A stretch of 64,000 bases of DNA. It comes from an uncultured Acidobacteriota bacterium (lineage in GTDB: Bacteria > Acidobacteriota > JAQAZP01). A program made the translations under genes and the position numbers. The DNA lies in assembly GCA_963836075.1 (NCBI GenBank), contig CAWIIB010000001.1, positions 128,001 to 192,000 of the forward strand, written 5' to 3'. The notes beneath the pieces were generated by a model that saw only the letters and a program-made list of their open reading frames with translations, had not been told where the DNA came from and searched no databases. Shown one piece after another: positions 54,735-63,182 of the stretch; the stretch's first letter is position 1, and each line of letters starts with the position of its first letter.

Positions 54735-56453
54735 ATCAGACACCCGGCGTCAACTCTCCTTCTGCTCAGCCTGTTGACCCTGGCCGTGCCGGCTTCGGGC
54801 GCCAACGAGCAGGATCCGGATCTTGTGCGCTTCTCTGCCTGTGCCGAGGTGCGCATCGCCGAGATCGAGGTGTTTGTCACCGACCGCCAGGGCCGTCCGG
54901 TAACCGGCCTCACCGCGGAGGATTTCAGACTGTACGAGAACGGGGATCAGGTGGAGATCCGCAATTTCTACGCGGTTCTGGACGACACCACCGGCGGCGA
55001 TGCGGACCAGCCCGTGGACCGGGTGCTTCGGCGGGACGGGCCGATGCTGCTCATCGTCTACGTGGACAACGTCAACATCCACCCCCTGAACCGCAGACGG
55101 TTCTTCAAGGACTTCAAGGAGTTTCTCTACTCCGGCCTCTCGGAGCAGATGAGGGTCATGCTGGTGACCAACGACCGCTATCACCACGCCCGGGTTTCCT
55201 GGGGCAGCCAGGGATCGTTGCGGGTCCGGCAGGCCTTCACCGATGACCCCACCCGGATCACCTTCGCTCTGGACGAGTTGGAGAACCTGCGGGGCGATCG
55301 CGAGTACTACGACCTCGAGCGTCAGGATATCCTGCGCGAAATCTCGCGGGCCGAGGTGAGCGATCCCATGGCCCGCTGGCGGATCATGAACCGGGTGAAG
55401 ACCTACTCGGCATCGATTTTCAACGATGTCAAGTTTTCGGTTCGTGCCCTTGACGATTTTATCGGATCGCTCACCGGTCTGGCCGGTCACAAGGTGCTGC
55501 TCTATGTCAGCGACGGGTTTCCCATGCGGGCCGGTGAGGACGTCTACTTCGTGCTGAAGGAGAAATACGGGTCGGAATCGGTGGGGATGCAGAACTACGC
55601 CCACGACATCACCCGGAAACTGGAGGACCTGGCCGCCGGGGCCAATGCCAACGGCGTGACACTCTACTCTCTGGATACCTCGGGGCTGGCCGGCCAGTCG
55701 TCCACCTCCGCGGCCTCCGCCTCGGGTGTGCTGACCTCGATGATCGACACAGTTGAGCGCAAGAACACACAGAACCCGCTGCTCTTCATGTCCAAACAGA
55801 CCGGGGGACGGGCCATGGTGGACACCACGCAGACCAGGGAGGCACTGGAGAGCATCGGTGGGGATTTCCGCAACTTCTACTCACTGGGCTACCGGCCGTC
55901 CCCGGACGCTTCCGGTGAGGACGCGACGATCAAGGTCAAGGTTCGCGGCCGGGGGATGAAACTGCGCTACCGGCGGGGGGTGAGGGAAGTGACGCCGGAA
56001 CACCGGATGGAGGGCGCCATCCGCGCCAGCCTGCTTTACGGGTATCGCAACAATCCCCTCGACCTGCGCCTCAGCCTGGGGTCGGTGGAAGACATGGGGA
56101 ACGGGACCTTCCTGGTTGACTGTACAATGGACATACCGCACCGCGACCTGACCTTCATCCCCGGAGGCGAGGGGAGTGAAGCGCTGGTCCGGCTGTTTGT
56201 TGCCGTGGAGGACGACCAGGGCGTGCTCTCACCGGTGCGTGAAACCTCCGTCGCCATCAGCAGCCCCGCCACTGGCGGTGAGCGGAACCGCGAGCTGGTG
56301 CACAGCTACCAGATGCGGCTGCTGATGGCCCGGGGGCGGCAGACGCTGGTGGTTGGCGCCCTGGATGACGTGAGCTGCCTCACCTCCCTGGTCAATATGG
56401 CCTGCGAGGTTGGCGCCCCGGACCAGACCGACCAAACCGACAGAACGAAGTGA
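54735..56453 (+). CDS. Acidobacterial VWFA-related domain protein (exported)
   Basis: Signal peptide; EVFVTDRQGRPVTGLTAEDFRLYENG; KVLLYVSDGF; TGGRA; YSLGYRP. The apparent start is ATC behind AAGGAGG; the ORF track starts at 54699. Confidence 0.85.
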   Translation: MRHPASTLLLLSLLTLAVPASGANEQDPDLVRFSACAEVRIAEIEVFVTDRQGRPVTGLTAEDFRLYENGDQVEIRNFYAVLDDTTGGDADQPVDRVLRRDGPMLLIVYVDNVNIHPLNRRRFFKDFKEFLYSGLSEQMRVMLVTNDRYHHARVSWGSQGSLRVRQAFTDDPTRITFALDELENLRGDREYYDLERQDILREISRAEVSDPMARWRIMNRVKTYSASIFNDVKFSVRALDDFIGSLTGLAGHKVLLYVSDGFPMRAGEDVYFVLKEKYGSESVGMQNYAHDITRKLEDLAAGANANGVTLYSLDTSGLAGQSSTSAASASGVLTSMIDTVERKNTQNPLLFMSKQTGGRAMVDTTQTREALESIGGDFRNFYSLGYRPSPDASGEDATIKVKVRGRGMKLRYRRGVREVTPEHRMEGAIRASLLYGYRNNPLDLRLSLGSVEDMGNGTFLVDCTMDIPHRDLTFIPGGEGSEALVRLFVAVEDDQGVLSPVRETSVAISSPATGGERNRELVHSYQMRLLMARGRQTLVVGALDDVSCLTSLVNMACEVGAPDQTDQTDRTK

Positions 56454-56468
56454 GCCGGCAGCCGGTGG

Positions 56469-58544
56469 TCAGGGCTTCCGGGCCTCCGCGCTGCCGCTGC
56501 GGCCCGCCGGCAGATATTTTCCAAACCAGGCCAGGTCCCACTTCATTTTGGCCAGCCGGTGCTCCCGGGCGGCCAGGCTGTGGGCCTCGCCGGGATAGAC
56601 CACCAGCTCGGCGGGGACGCCGAGATAGTGGTGCAGGGCGCGATACAGCGCCCGGCTGTGGGCCGCGGGGACCCGCGGGTCGGAGCTGCCCACGTGGATC
56701 AGCGTCGGGGTCCGCACCCGGTTCAGGCCGTAGAGGGGTGACCCGTGACGATAGGCCTCGGCCCGTTCCCAGGGCAGGCCGCGCATGAAGTTGATCACAT
56801 GGCCCGGCGTGTCTTCGGTTCCCCACTGCAGCACCATGTCCAGCATCCCGGCTCCGCTGCTGGCCGCCTGCCACAGATCGGGCCGCCGGGTGATCAGACA
56901 GTTGGTCAGGTACCCGCCGTTGCTCCAGCCCATCACCCCGATCCTCCCGGGATCCACCGTCCCGTCCCGCACCAGCGCCTCAACGCCGGCGATGATGTCG
57001 GTGACCTCGATATCGTTCTCACGGCCGATCAGCTTTTCCATGAACGGTTCGCCGTAACCGGTGGACCCGTGGTAGTTGGGGCTGAGCAGGGCATACCCGT
57101 TGGCCGCCATCAACGTTCGACCGTAGATCCAGTAGCGCAGGCGGTAGCGGGTGGCCGAGGTCGGTCCGCCATGGAGTTCCACTATCAGCGGCAGCGGTCC
57201 GTCCTGCGGTGCGTAGTCCGGCGGCAGTTCCAGGATGCCCTCCACCGGGTCGTTGTCCGCCCCGGTCCAGCCGTAGATCGTCACCTGGGGCAGCAGCCAG
57301 GTGGCGGTTAGCGCGTTGACCGATGTGATCCGGCGACTGGATCCGTCATCGGCAAAGAGGTGCAGGTCGGCAAAAGCCTGCGGACCGCCGGCCACGACCA
57401 CCAGGGGGCTGCCCGAGGGGGCAAAGCCGAAGAGGTCCACCACCAGGTCACCAGGGGTCAGGGTGAGGTGCTCTCCCTGAGCTCCGGAGCGGACGCCGGT
57501 CACGCCGAGAACTCGGATCCGGGCCCGGCTCTCGCCACGGTAGCACAGCGTCCGGCTGCCGCCGCGCCAGGTCAGGCCACCGGCAAACATCGCCTCCGGC
57601 GGCAGATTGATCCGGCGCAGTGTCGCCTCCCCGTCTTCCCACTCCCCGAGATAAACCCGGGTGGCGTAGCCGTCGTAGGAGATGCTGAAGGCCAGCGCAC
57701 CGCTGTCCGCCGACCAGGCCAGTTCCTCCAGCCAGCCAAACGGCGAGGGGTGTCCCTCGCGCCACCCGGTCCCGGTCAACGTGGATACCCCGCCGCTTTC
57801 CAGGTCCATGATGTCCACCCGGGACCAACCTTCCTTGAAGATCAACTCCTCGTCGCTGGTGGTGATCATCGCGGCCCGCAACCCATCGGGTGAGAGGGCG
57901 AAGTCGTGAATTACCCGCCGGGCCGCCTGCACCTGGCGCGACCGCCAGGTGACCAGATCCAGTCTCCACAAGCTGTCCAGTTCGCTGACCCCGTGTCCGT
58001 ATTCCAGAGCGGCGAACGACGTGCGCAGGTCGCGCCACTCATCCTCCACCACTTCCTCACCGCAGGTGTAGAACAGGGAACCGCCATCGGCGGAAAGGCG
58101 GAACAGTTTTATTCCCCCTTTGACCCGGGTCACCGGGAAGGGCTCACCTCCTCCGACGGAGAGGCGCCAGATCTGGGTGCTGCCATCCCAGGGCGGTACT
58201 GTTTCTCCGGTCCCTCGCGACCGGCTCCCGCTGACATAGATCCATCGCTCCCCGGGGTCCCAGACCGGGTCGTCGGCCCCCAGGCCGCCGAAGGAGAGTC
58301 GGAGCAGTTCCGTGCCCGACAGGTCAGCCAGCCACAGGTCATGGGTTTTGCCATCCTCGTCCCAGCGGGTCTCCTGGTAGGCCGCGTATCGTCCGCTGGG
58401 GGAGACCGCGATTTCGTCGATGGACGCCAGATCAAAATAGTCCTCCGGCGAGATGCTGTGGGACCGCTCCGCGGCGGCAGATCTGTGGCTGCCGGAGACC
58501 AGGAGCGTGAGGGTCAGGAGTGCAACTGCTGTTCTGTTCAACAT
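56469..58544 (-). CDS. S9-family (prolyl oligopeptidase / acylaminoacyl peptidase-like) exported peptidase
   Basis: Signal peptide; beta-propeller region; HGGP, PNYHGSTGYG, GWSNGG, D(PRV) and GEAH catalytic triad motifs. Confidence 0.93.
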   Translation of the reverse strand: MLNRTAVALLTLTLLVSGSHRSAAAERSHSISPEDYFDLASIDEIAVSPSGRYAAYQETRWDEDGKTHDLWLADLSGTELLRLSFGGLGADDPVWDPGERWIYVSGSRSRGTGETVPPWDGSTQIWRLSVGGGEPFPVTRVKGGIKLFRLSADGGSLFYTCGEEVVEDEWRDLRTSFAALEYGHGVSELDSLWRLDLVTWRSRQVQAARRVIHDFALSPDGLRAAMITTSDEELIFKEGWSRVDIMDLESGGVSTLTGTGWREGHPSPFGWLEELAWSADSGALAFSISYDGYATRVYLGEWEDGEATLRRINLPPEAMFAGGLTWRGGSRTLCYRGESRARIRVLGVTGVRSGAQGEHLTLTPGDLVVDLFGFAPSGSPLVVVAGGPQAFADLHLFADDGSSRRITSVNALTATWLLPQVTIYGWTGADNDPVEGILELPPDYAPQDGPLPLIVELHGGPTSATRYRLRYWIYGRTLMAANGYALLSPNYHGSTGYGEPFMEKLIGRENDIEVTDIIAGVEALVRDGTVDPGRIGVMGWSNGGYLTNCLITRRPDLWQAASSGAGMLDMVLQWGTEDTPGHVINFMRGLPWERAEAYRHGSPLYGLNRVRTPTLIHVGSSDPRVPAAHSRALYRALHHYLGVPAELVVYPGEAHSLAAREHRLAKMKWDLAWFGKYLPAGRSGSAEARKP

Positions 58545-58709
58545 ATGTTCCTCCGTGGCGGTGATGGCGGAAGCGCCGCCCTGAAGTAGTGTCCGGTCCG
58601 TGGCAGCAGGTCTATTGTTACTCCATTGTCCGTCCATTGGCAGGGATTGGAGAAGATCGACTCAACTCGCTTCCCCCGGTGGTCGATGAGATGTTGTGGG
58701 AGGATGAAG

Positions 58710-59378
58710 ATGGATAATGGAAACCCATGCCACCGCCACCAGGATGCGGAAGCATCTTTTACCTGCAGCAGCTGCGGGAATTCCTTCTGTTCCCGGTGTC
58801 GCTGCGAACTGCTGGACGGCAGCGTCTGTTGCACCGAGTGCGCTGTTGAAACGGCCGGGGAGAGCGGCGGAGTCTTTGACCCGGGCCTGGGTTCAACTGC
58901 CGTCGGAGAGCCCCGTGCAGGGCGGCCGACATCGCGGATGCGGCTGATCACCGTGGTGCTCCTGGTCTGCATCCCCCTGCTGGCCCTGGAAGGCCTCTTT
59001 CTTCTTCGCAGCCGCGTATCCCGGACCGCAGCAGAGGACGAAACCCACCATGTGATGAGCGACACACTGGTGCTGATCACCGTGCTCAACACCTACCGGC
59101 AGGATACCGGCGCCTATCCCGAAGAGCTTGAAGAGATCGTGCCGTCGCACTGGAAACCCGGGGACCGTGCGGAGCTCGAGCGCTACGATTATCATCGTAG
59201 CGCAGCTAAACGCTATGTGCTGCAGCCCCGGTTGACCGGGGATAAGACAGAGGATGCCGCCATCATGAGGGCCAGCTCCCTTATTCCCCGGGTATTGGGA
59301 CCGGAAAGTCGTCTGGACGTTTTCCTCGCCGCCGGGACAGGGGCCGGGGTCGAGCAACCGGACCAGGGGGCGCCATGA
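58710..59378 (+). CDS. B-box-like Zn finger + TM + pseudopilin-like protein
   Basis: CHRH-x8-CSSC-x4-CSRC-x9-CCTEC; one TM; LNTYRQDTGAYPEELEEIV resembles the GspG/pilin alpha1-C segment. Confidence 0.6.
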   Translation: MDNGNPCHRHQDAEASFTCSSCGNSFCSRCRCELLDGSVCCTECAVETAGESGGVFDPGLGSTAVGEPRAGRPTSRMRLITVVLLVCIPLLALEGLFLLRSRVSRTAAEDETHHVMSDTLVLITVLNTYRQDTGAYPEELEEIVPSHWKPGDRAELERYDYHRSAAKRYVLQPRLTGDKTEDAAIMRASSLIPRVLGPESRLDVFLAAGTGAGVEQPDQGAP

Positions 59379-59818
59379 ACGGCCGCTGCAGCGGGTTTAC
59401 CCTGGTGGAGATGATGGTCGTCCTGGTGGTCATCGCCCTGGTGGCCGCCATGGGGGTGCAGAGTGTGATCGCTGCACTGGAGATGAGCCGCGAGCGGCAC
59501 ACCGAGGCGGAAATCCTGGCCATGGTTGATCTGGTCAAGCTCTACAAGACCGACACCGAGGCTTGTGTCCCCGGGGTCAACGAAGCTGATTTCAGGGACT
59601 GGCTGGAGGCCAGCAACTTCTTCGACCGGGTGGAATTGAACGACGGCTGGGGGCGCTCGTATCACATCCTGATGCACTGCGACCACGAGCTGGGAACCGA
59701 GTACCTGATCTGGACTTCGGACGGCATGGACGGCCTGCGGGGGAGCACCGACGACGTGGTCTACCTCTTTTCCCCCGACGGCTGGGACGGTTGGACCAGC
59801 CAGGGCGCCTTCAACTGA
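59375..59818 (+). CDS. Prepilin / GspG-like pseudopilin
   Basis: G|FTLVEMMVVLVVI class III signal; LYKTDT, DGWGRSY and GMDGLRGSTDD GspG-like motifs. Confidence 0.88.
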   Translation: MNGRCSGFTLVEMMVVLVVIALVAAMGVQSVIAALEMSRERHTEAEILAMVDLVKLYKTDTEACVPGVNEADFRDWLEASNFFDRVELNDGWGRSYHILMHCDHELGTEYLIWTSDGMDGLRGSTDDVVYLFSPDGWDGWTSQGAFN

Positions 59819-59849
59819 TTCTCCGCAGACAGCAAAGACCACGGGACAG

Positions 59850-59891
59850 AAAAAGGGGGACCTCCGGCTCCCGGGAGCCGGAGGTCCCCCT
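59850..59891. terminator. Terminator between convergent genes (38-bp perfect palindrome)
   Basis: AGGGGGACCTCCGGCTCCC|GGGAGCCGGAGGTCCCCCT preceded by an A run (a U-tract on the minus strand). Confidence 0.8.
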
Positions 59892-59914
59892 GTTCAGGCT
59901 CCCTGCGATACCGA

Positions 59915-61327
59915 TCAGTCCGGCGTCTGCCCGCTGGGCAGTTCCAGGCCGTAGCGCTGCTTCACGTCGGCCCGTTTGAGCATGAAGGCGAGGAAGATCG
60001 AGATCACGCCGAGGAAGACCAGCATCAGGATCGGTTTGGTGTAATCGTAAACCGCCTCGCCGGCGTTGATCGCCTCCATGTTGCCGGCATTGGCCATGTC
60101 CAGCACTTTGCCGATGAACCAGAAGAAGAAACCCAGGCCCCAGTTCTGGATGGTGAACATGGTGGCGTAGGCCGTGCCCAGACGGCTCTCCGGCACGATC
60201 TTGGCCACCGAGGGCCACATGGCGGCGGGCACCAGGGAGAAGGCCACGCCCAGGGCCAGCAGGCCGGCGTAGCCCAGGGCCACGCTGTTGAACACCGAGA
60301 GCGAGAGGTGGGCGAAGATCAGCAGGCCCGAACCGACCATCATCAGCGAGGCGGCCTTGCCCTTGCGGTCGACGATGCTGCCGAAGATCGGGGTGAAGAA
60401 GATCGTGCCGAAGGGGATCAGGCCGGCCACCTTGGGGCCGTTGTGCAGCCAGGCGTTGACCGTGGCCATGAAACCAGCCCCTCTGAGATCGGGCAGGACC
60501 CTGGTGAAGCCGAACTTGTTCACCAGCAGGTCGGGAGCATACTGGATGAAGGGAAAGACCGCCGAGTAGAAGGTGACGCAGAGCAGGGCGACATAGATGA
60601 ACGAGGGGTTGCTGAGCAGCTTGCCCAGGTCGGAGATCTTGAACTGTTCGTCTTCGCTGGGCGCCTCGTCGGCTGCGTCGGAGATGGCCTTGCGGTCCTT
60701 GTCCAGTTTGGAGTCGAAGACCAGGTGGCTGATATAGGCCAGGATGCCGATACCGATGAGCACCGCGGAAACGGTGAAGGCGGGGGAGGGGGTGGCGCCG
60801 GCAATGTCGGCGGAGAACATGATCGCCAGCATGGAACCCAGACGGCCGAAACCTACGTTGACCCCCATGGCCAGGGCCAGCTCGTGACCCTTGAACCACT
60901 TGACCACTGTCTTGCTCACCAGGACGCAGGTGACTTCCAGGCCGATGCCGAAAAAGATCCGGCCGGCCACCATCCCGTAGAGTCGGCTGTTGACGTCTTC
61001 TCCGAACACACCGGCGGCGGACAGAGCACAGAGCACTGCTCCGAGAGCCGCCGACCCGCCAAAAAGGAAGATACAGACCTTGGGGCCGAACTTGTCCAGA
61101 ATCATCCCGCCGATGATGATGGCGCCGAGCATGTTCAACCAGGTGGTGGAACTGATGACCATGCCGAAATTGGCGTTGCTGAAGCCCCAGGCATCACGCA
61201 TCAGCTCCTGCAGCGGTGACATGAAATCCTGGAACCAGTAGGTGGCGAACATCAGCACACTGACCATCACCAGGACGGCCCAGCGAGCGCCTCGGGAATC
61301 GTTGATCGCTTTCTTTATGTGGTCCAT
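59915..61327 (-). CDS. MFS transporter
   Basis: About 12 TM helices; GGMILDKFG and FGSIVDRKG motif A; GRIFFGIG; KWFKGHELALAMG. Confidence 0.93.
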   Translation of the reverse strand: MDHIKKAINDSRGARWAVLVMVSVLMFATYWFQDFMSPLQELMRDAWGFSNANFGMVISSTTWLNMLGAIIIGGMILDKFGPKVCIFLFGGSAALGAVLCALSAAGVFGEDVNSRLYGMVAGRIFFGIGLEVTCVLVSKTVVKWFKGHELALAMGVNVGFGRLGSMLAIMFSADIAGATPSPAFTVSAVLIGIGILAYISHLVFDSKLDKDRKAISDAADEAPSEDEQFKISDLGKLLSNPSFIYVALLCVTFYSAVFPFIQYAPDLLVNKFGFTRVLPDLRGAGFMATVNAWLHNGPKVAGLIPFGTIFFTPIFGSIVDRKGKAASLMMVGSGLLIFAHLSLSVFNSVALGYAGLLALGVAFSLVPAAMWPSVAKIVPESRLGTAYATMFTIQNWGLGFFFWFIGKVLDMANAGNMEAINAGEAVYDYTKPILMLVFLGVISIFLAFMLKRADVKQRYGLELPSGQTPD

Positions 61328-61532
61328 CTTCCCCTCGAACTGTGGTGGTTGACATACACCGCGACGCACGCACGCAGATACGACAGTGTCCCATTATCGT
61401 AGAATCGTGCAGTCATTCCGGACAAGGATTTCCCAGATACCGACCCGATCAAATAGCAACAAATCATGAAGACGATTGCAGCATTTTACATCAAGAGCGA
61501 ACGAATCACAATGGAATCGGCTGGCGCGGCGG

Positions 61533-61561
61533 TTGACAGGGTGGAGTCTCAATCGTATCGT
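61533..61561 (+). promoter_or_regulatory. Sigma70-type promoter for ogt
   Basis: TTGACA-N17-TATCGT. Confidence 0.55.
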
Positions 61562-61614
61562 TGGGAGGTATCACTGTCGCGGGGTGGGATTCCTTTCCGA
61601 AACAGGTGACGGCC

Positions 61615-62163
61615 ATGCGCAATTTCTTCAAACTGGGGAAAACCATCAGGCCGGCGGTCACCTATGCTTTCATTGAGACCGAGTTGGGGGAAATGGCCGC
61701 GGCGGCCACCGCCAAAGGCGTCTGCAGGCTCCAGCTGCGCAGCGCCGGGTCCCACGATGCCTTTGTGGAGGCCTTGCAGGCCGATCACCCCGGACTGCCG
61801 GTGCGCAAGTCGCCAAAAGCGTTCAACGAGTTGAGACGGCAGTTGGCGGCGTACCTCGGTGGACGGCTGCAGGAATTCTCCGTCTCCCTCGACCCCCACG
61901 GCACCGGCTTTCGCCGGGCGGTCTGGGATCAGACCCTGCGGATACCCTATGGCCACACCGTCACCTACGGGGAACTGGCCAGCCGCCTGGGCCAGGGCCG
62001 GTCAGCCAGCCGGGCGGTGGGCAACGCCCTGGGGGCCAACCCTCTGCCGATCCTGATCCCCTGTCACAGAGTGCTGGGCAGCAACGGACAGCTCACCGGA
62101 TACAGCGGGGGACTGGCCATCAAGACACGCTTGCTGCGAATCGAGGGGTCGTTGCTCCTCTGA
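61615..62163 (+). CDS. ogt: Methylated-DNA--protein-cysteine methyltransferase
   Basis: IPYG.TVTYGELA, RAVGNALGANP and IPCHRV active-site motif. Confidence 0.95.
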   Translation: MRNFFKLGKTIRPAVTYAFIETELGEMAAAATAKGVCRLQLRSAGSHDAFVEALQADHPGLPVRKSPKAFNELRRQLAAYLGGRLQEFSVSLDPHGTGFRRAVWDQTLRIPYGHTVTYGELASRLGQGRSASRAVGNALGANPLPILIPCHRVLGSNGQLTGYSGGLAIKTRLLRIEGSLLL

Positions 62164-62170
62164 CCCCGGT

Positions 62171-63160
62171 TCAACCATCCAGCTGCCCGGTGAGCCACTG
62201 CACCGACCGGTGGATCATCGCCGGGGTCACCTCGTGGCCGCATCCTTCAACGATTTCCAGACAGAGGTGGCCTGCCGAGCCGCAGCGCCGGCAGGCTTCA
62301 CCCGCCGCGCGCACCGCGTCACGGGCGCCGTCCACCGGTGAGGTCTCATCCAGGTCGCCGTTGAGAAAGAGGAAGGGGCGGGGCGCGATGAGCGAAAGGA
62401 GGCCGGGAACCCCGATGGTTGCGGCGCGGGGCACGAAGTAGTAGATGCCGTGGCGCTGCAGGACACCCTGGCGGGCCATGGCGCGGTAGGTGGAGAGGCA
62501 GCAGAGGCCCACGCCGGCGGCGATGCGGCGGTCCAGGGCCGCCAGCCACCACCCGGCGGTGGAACCCATGGAAAAACCGAAGCAGCCGATGCGCCGCGAG
62601 TCGATACCCGGGAGGGTCTCCAGCAGGTCCAGGGCCCGCACCTGGTCCCAGAGCATGCGGCCCCAGAGGGTGGTGCCCTGCAACAGGTGCCACCTGGCGG
62701 ACTCGCGCTCAAGTTCACCGGAACGTTCACCGAAACAGCGGAAATCAGCGGCGAATACCGTGAATCCCGCGTCCAGCAGTTGGGGCGCGAGGCCCGGTGG
62801 AACGCGTTTCTTGCCCAGCAGGGCTTCGTTGCGGCCGATGGAATAGTCGCCCGAGTGTGAGTGCAGGTAGAGCACGGCGGGCCGGCCGCGGTCGCCACCG
62901 GCCACCCGGGGATCTGATCCGGGCGGAACGAGTATCCAGGCCGGCACGCTGACCTCCGGCTCCGCGCGGTAGAGGAGGTCGTGGCGCTGCCAGGGAACCT
63001 GCCGCTGGCCCACCATGCTCACTCCCTTTTCGCAGGCGGTCCACTGCATCTCCGGCGGACCCGAATCAGGACGCCCGCCGAGCATCTGCCACAGCATCTC
63101 CACCCGGCTGGAACGGTCGTCCACTGCGGGTCCGTCGGGTGCTGCCGGTATCCTGTCCAT
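62171..63160 (-). CDS. Alpha/beta hydrolase (dienelactone hydrolase / acetyl xylan esterase-like)
   Basis: PAVLYLHSH, CFGER, GFSMG nucleophile, LIAPRP, GDLD and GHE motifs. Confidence 0.88.
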   Translation of the reverse strand: MDRIPAAPDGPAVDDRSSRVEMLWQMLGGRPDSGPPEMQWTACEKGVSMVGQRQVPWQRHDLLYRAEPEVSVPAWILVPPGSDPRVAGGDRGRPAVLYLHSHSGDYSIGRNEALLGKKRVPPGLAPQLLDAGFTVFAADFRCFGERSGELERESARWHLLQGTTLWGRMLWDQVRALDLLETLPGIDSRRIGCFGFSMGSTAGWWLAALDRRIAAGVGLCCLSTYRAMARQGVLQRHGIYYFVPRAATIGVPGLLSLIAPRPFLFLNGDLDETSPVDGARDAVRAAGEACRRCGSAGHLCLEIVEGCGHEVTPAMIHRSVQWLTGQLDG

Positions 63161-63182
63161 CCCTCTCTCCCTCCGCGGTGTG

